The position numbers and the translations under genes are program-made. Source: a virus (taxonomy: Duplodnaviria; Caudoviricetes). From it: 33,970 nucleotides of DNA. This document shows, piece by piece, positions 23,560-31,462 of the stretch (the stretch's first letter is position 1; every line of letters starts with the position of its first letter). Under the pieces are notes generated by a model. It had not been told where the DNA came from, searched no databases, and saw only the letters and a program-made list of their open reading frames with translations. Where the stretch lies: IMG/VR virus record IMGVR_UViG_3300032233_001729, positions 1 to 33,970 of that record. One strand, given 5' to 3'.

Positions 23560-23915
23560 AATCCTTCAGGTTTTGGATATTTATTTTTTACTTCATCAAT
23601 TGTTGCTTTCCAACCATCATAACCTTGATGGTACAATGTATCTAGTTGTTCTTGAATAGAAGGATAAGCAGTGGCACGATCTCTTTGATATTGATTGTAT
23701 TCGTATTCTGCAACTAATTTATTATATTCTTCAAGGATTTGATTTTCTGTTGGTCCTGAATAATTTTCGTCTTTAGTCCAAGAATAAATTGCAGTTCCAT
23801 TTGAAGTGGTTGCTCCAGTATTAAATTTTAAAGTAGAATAATCAGTCCCTTCTATAGAATATCCAACTCCTGGAAATACATTTTGTATTGCTTTATTGTA
23901 TAAAAGTTTGTCCAT
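23556..23915 (-). CDS. Small putative fibre chaperone/partner
   Basis: YQRDRATAYPSIQEQLDTLYH...W...I..VKNKYPKP. Confidence 0.7.
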   Translation of the reverse strand: MDKLLYNKAIQNVFPGVGYSIEGTDYSTLKFNTGATTSNGTAIYSWTKDENYSGPTENQILEEYNKLVAEYEYNQYQRDRATAYPSIQEQLDTLYHQGYDGWKATIDEVKNKYPKPEGL

Positions 23916-23917
23916 AA

Positions 23918-24382
23918 TTATTGATAGATAAACATAATAGTGTCTCTTGAATAATCACTTAATCCACCATTCCAATAATTTAAAATACAAGTTGTTCCTG
24001 CTGGAGTATTTCTAACTTGAAGATCGTATGTATGAGATCCTGCTGATATTCCTGCAAATTGCCAAGTTCCTGATGCGGATGCTCCAGCATTGGCAGTGGA
24101 TTGTTTTGACATACAAAATCCACCATAATCAACTCCATCAATTAAAAGTCTACATACACCTTCAACTGCTCCAGATTCATATGTCATACTAAAAGTTGCA
24201 GTCACTAAAACATTAGATATTTTTGAAGGAGAAAAAGTTCCACTCATATGTGAAACCCATCCACTGTCTCCAGTCAATGTTCTATTAGTTGTTGTGACAT
24301 TTGCAGAATAAAGTAATCTAGCTCCATCTGGAATACCAGTCCCTGCTGCGTTTTGAATTGCATTTGCTTTTAAGGTACTCAT
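23918..24382 (-). CDS. Putative adhesin tip (beta-sandwich-like)
   Basis: MSTLKANAIQ N-terminus; alternating beta-strand pattern; SAGSHTYDLQVR. Confidence 0.7.
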   Translation of the reverse strand: MSTLKANAIQNAAGTGIPDGARLLYSANVTTTNRTLTGDSGWVSHMSGTFSPSKISNVLVTATFSMTYESGAVEGVCRLLIDGVDYGGFCMSKQSTANAGASASGTWQFAGISAGSHTYDLQVRNTPAGTTCILNYWNGGLSDYSRDTIMFIYQ

Positions 24383-24386
24383 AATT

Positions 24387-24656
24387 TTATACTATCGTCC
24401 AAGTTGCTCCAGTATTTACCGTAACCGTAATACCCGTATTTATAGTGATGGGTCCAACACTCATTTCGTTAAAAGCACTCGTAATTCCATAATTTGCTGA
24501 AATTGTTGAGGTATTTCTATAAAATGGTGCTGTTTCCGTACTAACAGGACCTGATGCAGTTATAACTCCAGAAACCATGGCTCCTGTATTGGTATAAGTG
24601 ATTGTGCCCAATCCTGAAGTATTTTTTGAAGCGTCTACTCTAATTTCTGATGGCAT
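24387..24656 (-). CDS. Small virion protein, putative adaptor
   Basis: C-terminus NEMSVGPITINTGITVTVNTGATWTIV. Confidence 0.7.
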   Translation of the reverse strand: MPSEIRVDASKNTSGLGTITYTNTGAMVSGVITASGPVSTETAPFYRNTSTISANYGITSAFNEMSVGPITINTGITVTVNTGATWTIV

Positions 24657-24657
24657 T

Positions 24658-24891
24658 TTAATTCAATCCTAATAATGTTTTAAGTTCTTCTACAGTTAAT
24701 CCAGAAGCCTGTAGTTTTTCTTCTGGCGTCAGAGGAGTTGGTTCTGGAATTGGCTCTGCTGGTAATGGTTGATTACCTTCTTGCAACCACAGGATATACT
24801 GTTGATAATCAGTATTTGCTGGATCTCGTGGAATATGAGCCCCGTCATCAAGACGAATAACTGTTGTTAATTGTGTTAATTGGTAAGTCAT
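24658..24891 (-). CDS. Small putative fibre chaperone/partner, paralog of 19172..19405
   Basis: IPRDPANTDYQQYILWLQEGNQP; C-terminus EEKLQASGLTVEELKTLLGL. Confidence 0.75.
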   Translation of the reverse strand: MTYQLTQLTTVIRLDDGAHIPRDPANTDYQQYILWLQEGNQPLPAEPIPEPTPLTPEEKLQASGLTVEELKTLLGLN

Positions 24892-24896
24892 AGTTC

Positions 24897-26051
24897 TTAA
24901 AATTCTGCAGAGGCGGTGTGACTATTATAGTCAAGAAATTGTCCATTTGAAACGTTGGTATAAGCACTGAATCCATCAACACTAATGTCTAGTCCTTGTG
25001 CTCCACCAGAAATAGGAGATGCGTCACTGATATCGACTATGACTGTGACGGTCGGAATAGCTCGCATGGTAACGGGAAAGTCCACAGAAACCTGCATAGC
25101 ACTCACTCCGCCGTTCTGGTTATACATTCGCTTATTAAAACCGCTACTGGTTCTCTTTTGATAATATCTCTGGCAGAGTTGTAATTCTTGAGATATGATT
25201 CTTCTCTCAAAAGGTGTCGCAACTGAACCTAATTCTAATTGAACGCCAGTGATTTGGAGTGTTGCACCATTTGTAGAAATAAGGTTTGTTCCACTTGTAG
25301 AACCGACATAATTTCCAGACACCCAAGAATTTGATGTTGCAGTTTTATATGTAGTTCCCGAACCTAAATCAAAAATTATAGTATATGCTGCACCATTATC
25401 TTGAGACGGAACTTGTACAGTATCACCAGTGGCAGTAACAGTTATATACTGCCAAGTATTTGCTGAGTTGATTGTATAGTTAAAGGCATAAGATCTAGGA
25501 TTTACAAGCACCCCTTGAGTTTGACGAAAAGATCCAGTAAAAGTACCAGTTAATGATGATTTAACCCAAAAAGATAAGGCAACTGTTTTTGCCGATGCAG
25601 TTCCATAGGCAAAATCGATTATATTATAACCTTCTATTACTTGAGCAAAATAAAATGTATCGCCAGCAGCAGGAGTTTTTGCATTAGTAACTGTATATTT
25701 TATACTATTAAAAAATCCTGCAGGAGCATCTGCAACTCTTTGTGCTGTTGCTGTTCCAGTACCAGCACCACCGGCAGCGGAAGCAATCCACCTATCAACT
25801 GGATAACCAGTTGAATTATTCAAAGTCACAGAACCACCAGCGTTTCTCTGATCTATTTCCATTGCCGAATTTATTAGCCGATTTCTGGTACCACTAATAG
25901 GACCTCCGTTGACTGAAGAAATAGTGCTTGAAGAAGATAAACTTGCTCCTATACTCGCAAGGTTTCCTGAAGTATCATAAAATGTTACACTATTTGATTG
26001 TGCCGTAATACTACTAATACCAGAAACATTGTTTATATTAATGATTGTCAT
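24897..26051 (-). CDS. Putative fibre/adhesin tip, paralog of 19415..20626
   Basis: Same core motifs, divergent domain after LCQRYY. Confidence 0.8.
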   Translation of the reverse strand: MTIININNVSGISSITAQSNSVTFYDTSGNLASIGASLSSSSTISSVNGGPISGTRNRLINSAMEIDQRNAGGSVTLNNSTGYPVDRWIASAAGGAGTGTATAQRVADAPAGFFNSIKYTVTNAKTPAAGDTFYFAQVIEGYNIIDFAYGTASAKTVALSFWVKSSLTGTFTGSFRQTQGVLVNPRSYAFNYTINSANTWQYITVTATGDTVQVPSQDNGAAYTIIFDLGSGTTYKTATSNSWVSGNYVGSTSGTNLISTNGATLQITGVQLELGSVATPFERRIISQELQLCQRYYQKRTSSGFNKRMYNQNGGVSAMQVSVDFPVTMRAIPTVTVIVDISDASPISGGAQGLDISVDGFSAYTNVSNGQFLDYNSHTASAEF

Positions 26052-26060
26052 AATTATCCC

Positions 26061-26336
26061 TCAAATCACAACAAAGTTTCCGTTAATGGTTAATACACCA
26101 GTAACATTCACTGGACCAGCCATATGTCCATTATAATTGGTACCAACAAATTGATTTCCGTTTAATGTATTATCATTTACTATCATACCGTTACATACAT
26201 ATAATCCACTGAATGAACTTGCTGTACCAACAAGAGCGGCACCCGTTATGCTATTAGTATTAACTCCAACATTAGCAGTATTGTATACTGTTCTGTCATT
26301 AGCAATAACTGTAACTGTATTTACCTGTATGGCCAT
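26061..26336 (-). CDS. Small virion protein, putative adaptor
   Basis: C-terminus NGHMAGPVNVTGVLTINGNFVVI resembles 24387..24656; TAAATA at 26364-26369. Confidence 0.7.
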   Translation of the reverse strand: MAIQVNTVTVIANDRTVYNTANVGVNTNSITGAALVGTASSFSGLYVCNGMIVNDNTLNGNQFVGTNYNGHMAGPVNVTGVLTINGNFVVI

Positions 26337-26366
26337 CTTCGTGTCTCCACTAGGCGTTTTTTATAT

Positions 26367-28079
26367 TTAGCAGTTTTTTTCTAATTTTTCTACTTTTGCA
26401 GAAAGTTCTTTGACTGCTTCAATTAATACCCCGATTAAACCATTATACTTAACGGTTTTATAATCAGTATCATCAGACACAAGTTCTGGAAAAATCTTTT
26501 CAACTTCTTGTGCGATTACACCAATTGCAGATTTATTTGTATTTTTCCATTCGAAAGTCACACCATTTAATTGAAGTAGTTTTGATAATGGTGATTGAAT
26601 TGGTTTAATGTTTAATTTTAGGTTTTGATCAGAAGTTGTATTGAAGTCAACTGCAGTAAGAACTCCAGTACCACTCAGAGTTGCAACGTTTGTGGTTCCT
26701 GCATACCATTTAAATTGTGATGTTGAAGTATTAACGGAATTCCATAAAGTATTAGATTCAATGCCAAGTGCAAAATCAACATTAGAACCATCAACGTTGG
26801 GATATAAAACAATCTTAGTTCCTGCACTTCTTGTTGTAAATGCAGGAGCAGCAATACCATTAACGTTAAAATCAATTCTGTTTCCGCTAATACCATTCAG
26901 GTAGAGTTGTCCTCCACCAGTTGTTGTGGAGTTTGCTTGTGTGGATTGGAATTGTCCTGAAGCTGTAAAATTAGCAGCAGTTAAGATATTAGTGCTTGCA
27001 TTGAATACAAATGCCTGTGCAGTACTTCTTGCCTTTGCAGTTTGGTTGCTTCCAAGTGCTCCAACCATAACTGGATATAAAGTTGCTGTTGAAGTATCAT
27101 CAACAGCATTAATTACAGTTGAAGGTCCTGTTGCACCTTGAAGTCCTTGAGTTGCTTGAAGTCCTTGAAGTCCTTGACTTCCAGAACCCTGCATCCCCTG
27201 AACACCTTGTGTTCCTTGAGAACCTTGAAGTCCACCTCCACCAGTAAATCCTTGTAGCCCTTGAACTCCTTGAGTACTTTGAGTTCCTTGAAGTCCTTGA
27301 GTAGTAGTACCTTGAACTCCTTGAATACCTTGCCTTCCCTGATTTCCCTGAAGTCCTTGAACTCCCTGATTTCCCTGCAGTCCTTGAAGTCCTTGAACAC
27401 CTTGAACACCTTGAGTACTTTGAATTCCTTGGGTTCCTTGGGTTCCTTGAAGTCCTTGGGTTGCTTGAGTACCTTGAGAACCCTGAAGTCCACCCCCACC
27501 AGTAAATCCTTGAATACCTTGAGAACCTTGAAGTCCTTGTGTTGCCTGAGTTCCTTGAGAACCTTGAAGTCCTCCAGAACCAGTAAATCCTTGAAGTCCC
27601 TGAACTCCTTGAGCACTTTGAGTTCCTTGAAGTCCTTGAGCATTCTGAACACCCTGAATACCTTGAGTACCTTGAGCATTCTGAACACCTTGAGTTCCTT
27701 GTCTACCTTGAAGTCCTTGGAGTCCTTGAACACCCTGAAGTCCTTGCAATCCTTGAACACCTTGATTTCCTTGAAGTCCTTGAAGTCCTCCAGAACCAGT
27801 AAATCCTTGAGTTCCTTGCAATCCTTGAAGTCCTTGAACACCTTGAACTCCTTGAGTACCTTGAACTCCTTGAACTCCTTGAACTCCTTGAACTCCTTGA
27901 ACTCCTTGAGTACCTTGGGTTCCTTGAAGTCCAGCAGAAATGGCGGCTGTCCAACTGACTCCAGCACCAGTAGAAATAAGAATTGATGATGCAGTACCTA
28001 CTTGATTATTAAAATCATAAAGTCCTCCATCAAGTTTTAAACTTCCGTAAATTCTTGTTCCACCTTTAAGTTTTGCCAT
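26367..28079 (-). CDS. Collagen-like (Gly-X-Gln) fibre protein with C-terminal S74 chaperone
   Basis: Long GXQ tract; [10 protein letters not shown]...GVIAQEVE...[15 protein letters not shown]. Confidence 0.88.
   Translation of the reverse strand: MAKLKGGTRIYGSLKLDGGLYDFNNQVGTASSILISTGAGVSWTAAISAGLQGTQGTQGVQGVQGVQGVQGVQGTQGVQGVQGLQGLQGTQGFTGSGGLQGLQGNQGVQGLQGLQGVQGLQGLQGRQGTQGVQNAQGTQGIQGVQNAQGLQGTQSAQGVQGLQGFTGSGGLQGSQGTQATQGLQGSQGIQGFTGGGGLQGSQGTQATQGLQGTQGTQGIQSTQGVQGVQGLQGLQGNQGVQGLQGNQGRQGIQGVQGTTTQGLQGTQSTQGVQGLQGFTGGGGLQGSQGTQGVQGMQGSGSQGLQGLQATQGLQGATGPSTVINAVDDTSTATLYPVMVGALGSNQTAKARSTAQAFVFNASTNILTAANFTASGQFQSTQANSTTTGGGQLYLNGISGNRIDFNVNGIAAPAFTTRSAGTKIVLYPNVDGSNVDFALGIESNTLWNSVNTSTSQFKWYAGTTNVATLSGTGVLTAVDFNTTSDQNLKLNIKPIQSPLSKLLQLNGVTFEWKNTNKSAIGVIAQEVEKIFPELVSDDTDYKTVKYNGLIGVLIEAVKELSAKVEKLEKNC
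27135..27932. repeat. 9-bp-period repeat encoding Gly-X-Gln
   Basis: ccttga recurring about every 9 bp. Confidence 0.9.
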
Positions 28080-28082
28080 TTC

Positions 28083-31000
28083 TTATGCTTGTGCCTCAGT
28101 CCAAGAAAGTCGTGCAAGTACATCAACTGCTGCACCACCTACATTTGTTGCAGTAATTGTAAGAACATCAGGTCCATCAGGATAAATTTGAGTATTAGCA
28201 GTTGCTCCCCCACCACCAAGAATACTATTACCCAAATCTCTAACTTTATCCAAATCAATACTTGAGGTATTATTAACAAAGAATCCAGCAGTCACTTCAC
28301 CACCAGATATAGTTGTAGAACCACCAGCATAGTCAGCAATTTGTGCTAAACTGGAATTTTGAAGTCCAGTAATATTACCAACAGCATTTGTCCAGGCTGT
28401 TGCACTACTTGGAGTTGCATTCAAGTATGCTCTTACCAAGAAGTTTGCTCCAGTTGTTTTTGTTGTAAGGTCAAGAGTACGAAGAACCAACTGCATTCTA
28501 TTGATCAATTCTCTTGCACCAAATGCTGCTGCAATACCATTATCTACTGATGGAGAAACACGAATAGAGAAAAGTGCTTTGGTTGAACCAGGAGATCCTG
28601 CTGCTGCAAGATTAGTAAAGGTAGTTTGTCCATATGTGAAAACCAAAGATTTATCATCGTCAAATCGTCCATCCATAATCACACTTGTTCCCCAGTGTGA
28701 GATTGAAGGTCCATAAGTCGGGAATGCAAACTCAACTGCTGTTGGATCAAGTGCAGAATATGTAAATGTCTGTCCTGATGTTGCTCCCATAGGAACTGCT
28801 GCAACAGTTGGGTTTAATGCAGTTGCTGCCTGACTTAATGTAATATTTCCAACACCAATCGCACTAATATAAGTACCATCAGGAATACCAAGTCCACCAA
28901 CTGCAGTACTAATAACTCTTTGTCCTACTTGTAGGTTTGTGGTTGATGCGGTTGCCACATTTGAACCTGATGCAACTGTAAGAGTAAAGGAAGTATTACC
29001 AGATCTTCCTCTAGTTAATCCAGTGAATGCGGTTGTACCAATACCAGCATAATTCACATATTCATAAGTTTCTGCGTTTCTGATGCATAATGTTCCAGAA
29101 GTTGGGAATCCTGCGGTGCTTGCAACGCCAACGATACTATCAGATGCTCCTAAAGTAGTGGTAAGTTGAGTTGTTGGAGGTCTGCTTTCAGATTCATATC
29201 TTGCAGGTAAGTTTCCAGAACGCATATATGCTTCTGTATTCACATTATTGTTTACAACTTTATGAACATAGAATACATTACCATCTGGACCTCGGAAGCC
29301 CCAACGAATAAATCCAGCACCATACCAAGAATAGTCCATATAGAACATCTGCATCTTGGTGAGATCTATATTATAACCAGAAGGTCCAGTACCATCACAC
29401 TTATCAATATTCCAAGATGATTGTGGATATTTTGTATCTTGTGTTTTTGAAGCAATTACATAATCAGCAGTTGCTCCCCTATAAGAAGGAGAAATCGTCA
29501 TACTTGTATCACTTGCAATATCAACAACACGATAGGATTGTCCACGAAGAACAATAAAATCTCCAATACTTAATTGTTTTGAAAATGCTGTTGGAAATGT
29601 TGCATTTGTTTGTGTTACAGTATTAATTCCACTACTAACACTCACTTTTCCTGCAAGTTGGAATGTAGAGTTTCTACGAACCGCAGAGAGTGTTTGTCCA
29701 TCAAACTCAAAGAAAATGCCGTTTTGTGCATCAAAAGTTCCAAGACGATTAGAACACCCATACCAACTTGAAACATTACAACTATAAGTACCAGATGCAA
29801 TCGTTGAACCAATTCCTGCTGTTGAAGTAACTTGGAAACTATTATATCCTGTTACGGAAGTTACAGAATAGGTTCCATTATATCCAGTTTCATTCGCACC
29901 AGAAATTGTGATTACAGTTCCCGGAGTTGCTGCCTGAATATTATGCTGTTCTTTTGTTTGAATATTAATCGTACTTCCAATACTTAATCCAGTAGAAGTT
30001 AAAGAATCGATTTGAAGATTTGGTTTAAGAATTGTACCAGAACTGACTTGAATACCTTTACCAGATTGATAACGGAAATATCTTCTTGTTTGGCGAGTTG
30101 CTGCTTGAAAATTGGAAGTTGCATTACTTGTAAAAAATACTCCACCATCAAAAGGACGATGTAAGAACTGTCCTTGAGGTCTTACATAAACTATACCACC
30201 AGTTGGATTTCCTCCTGCTGGTGCATATTGCGAATAATATGTAAAGGTTCTTGAACTTGTAATACCAGCAACAAAGAAAGAACCATTTGCTTCAGTTCTT
30301 GATGTTCCAACAATCGCAACTTCATTTCCAATTGCAAGTCCATGAGGAACTGTTGTACTTACTGTAATTGCAATTCCAGTAGTGTTTGATACAAATGTTG
30401 GCGTTAAACCAATTGCGGCATTAGCATAAATTGTTCCACTGAAAATACCAGTTTTGTTTGAATCAAAAATACTAGTAACTGTTCCAGTATTTGTTGCTCT
30501 TGCAGTATAAGTAAAGATTGTATTTCCAGCACCACTAAGTGATTCTATAAGAAAGTTTCCATTTGCAATATTCAAATAAGTATCTTGAACCGTAATTGCA
30601 GTTCCAATTCCAGGTGCAGTTACAGCTAGTCCAACTGTGACTGTTCTAGAATTTTGTGGAAGAGTCATATAATTAATTGTACCGATACCAATAGGAGAAG
30701 AGAAGGCAAAAGGACGATTGTTAATTGTCGAAAGATTTTCCCACTTAGAGATTTGAGTACCATACTCAAAGTCAGTATCAATCAGTGCTTGTGGTGATGA
30801 TGTACGGAATTTGTTTACTGGATCTTGGTATACTTCGGAAGGTGTAAACTTCTCATCATACTCATCTACGGTGATTTGAAGTTTATCAGTACTACTCATT
30901 CCAGCAGTATTATAATTTAATACGACTGTGGTTGTATTTGTACCACCAGAAGTTGATACAGTATAAGTATTTGCTTTTAGGTTTGAATCGGAAAAATTAT

Positions 31001-31130
31001 AGATTACCGTGTTCGTCGTTACATTGGTAATCAGTATTAATCGTTCCCTCTGAATAGCACGGGGAATGACAATAGTATTTGTGGATGGTGTAAATGTATA
31101 TCCAGTTTCAAGTATTGCCTTTCTTGCCAT
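28083..31130 (-). CDS. Large virion structural protein (tail/baseplate-associated)
   Basis: 1015 aa, S/T/G-rich, PHGL..G..V.I.G repeats; ATAAATA at 31152-31158. Confidence 0.8.
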   Translation of the reverse strand: MARKAILETGYTFTPSTNTIVIPRAIQRERLILITNVTTNTVIYNFSDSNLKANTYTVSTSGGTNTTTVVLNYNTAGMSSTDKLQITVDEYDEKFTPSEVYQDPVNKFRTSSPQALIDTDFEYGTQISKWENLSTINNRPFAFSSPIGIGTINYMTLPQNSRTVTVGLAVTAPGIGTAITVQDTYLNIANGNFLIESLSGAGNTIFTYTARATNTGTVTSIFDSNKTGIFSGTIYANAAIGLTPTFVSNTTGIAITVSTTVPHGLAIGNEVAIVGTSRTEANGSFFVAGITSSRTFTYYSQYAPAGGNPTGGIVYVRPQGQFLHRPFDGGVFFTSNATSNFQAATRQTRRYFRYQSGKGIQVSSGTILKPNLQIDSLTSTGLSIGSTINIQTKEQHNIQAATPGTVITISGANETGYNGTYSVTSVTGYNSFQVTSTAGIGSTIASGTYSCNVSSWYGCSNRLGTFDAQNGIFFEFDGQTLSAVRRNSTFQLAGKVSVSSGINTVTQTNATFPTAFSKQLSIGDFIVLRGQSYRVVDIASDTSMTISPSYRGATADYVIASKTQDTKYPQSSWNIDKCDGTGPSGYNIDLTKMQMFYMDYSWYGAGFIRWGFRGPDGNVFYVHKVVNNNVNTEAYMRSGNLPARYESESRPPTTQLTTTLGASDSIVGVASTAGFPTSGTLCIRNAETYEYVNYAGIGTTAFTGLTRGRSGNTSFTLTVASGSNVATASTTNLQVGQRVISTAVGGLGIPDGTYISAIGVGNITLSQAATALNPTVAAVPMGATSGQTFTYSALDPTAVEFAFPTYGPSISHWGTSVIMDGRFDDDKSLVFTYGQTTFTNLAAAGSPGSTKALFSIRVSPSVDNGIAAAFGARELINRMQLVLRTLDLTTKTTGANFLVRAYLNATPSSATAWTNAVGNITGLQNSSLAQIADYAGGSTTISGGEVTAGFFVNNTSSIDLDKVRDLGNSILGGGGATANTQIYPDGPDVLTITATNVGGAAVDVLARLSWTEAQA

Positions 31131-31161
31131 AATTAATGAATACCTTTGATGTATTTATGTG

Positions 31162-31458
31162 TTAGTAAATGGTGGTAATTTCATCAATCTCATTATAAAC
31201 AATCACCGACTTATCAGTATTTTGTCTCATATATCTTCCTTGTCCTGGACCATATAAAACACCAGCAAATTCATCATAAACAATATCATAAGGAGGAAAG
31301 ACATTTGCTGTCATCGTAGTTGCAATCCCAACATTTTCAGAAAACTCTGACGCATAATAAGTTCCAAATCCAGTAATACTTGGATTGTTTGCAGTAATCT
31401 CATCAAACTCACCAGCAAGCATTGATGCATATTGATCCAATCTTCCTACAACACCCAT
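31162..31458 (-). CDS. Hypothetical (probably virion) protein
   Basis: 98-aa ORF between structural genes. Confidence 0.7.
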   Translation of the reverse strand: MGVVGRLDQYASMLAGEFDEITANNPSITGFGTYYASEFSENVGIATTMTANVFPPYDIVYDEFAGVLYGPGQGRYMRQNTDKSVIVYNEIDEITTIY

Positions 31459-31462
31459 AATA

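Noticed and set aside
19415-26051. DGR or invertase-type shufflon among the tip paralogs
   Set aside because: Differences include indels, all repeats are direct rather than inverted, and no recombinase or reverse transcriptase gene is visible
27113-27986. Long alternative-frame and antisense ORFs (KDFK, LKSL, SRSS types)
   Set aside because: Shadows of the stop-poor 9-bp Gly-X-Gln repeat
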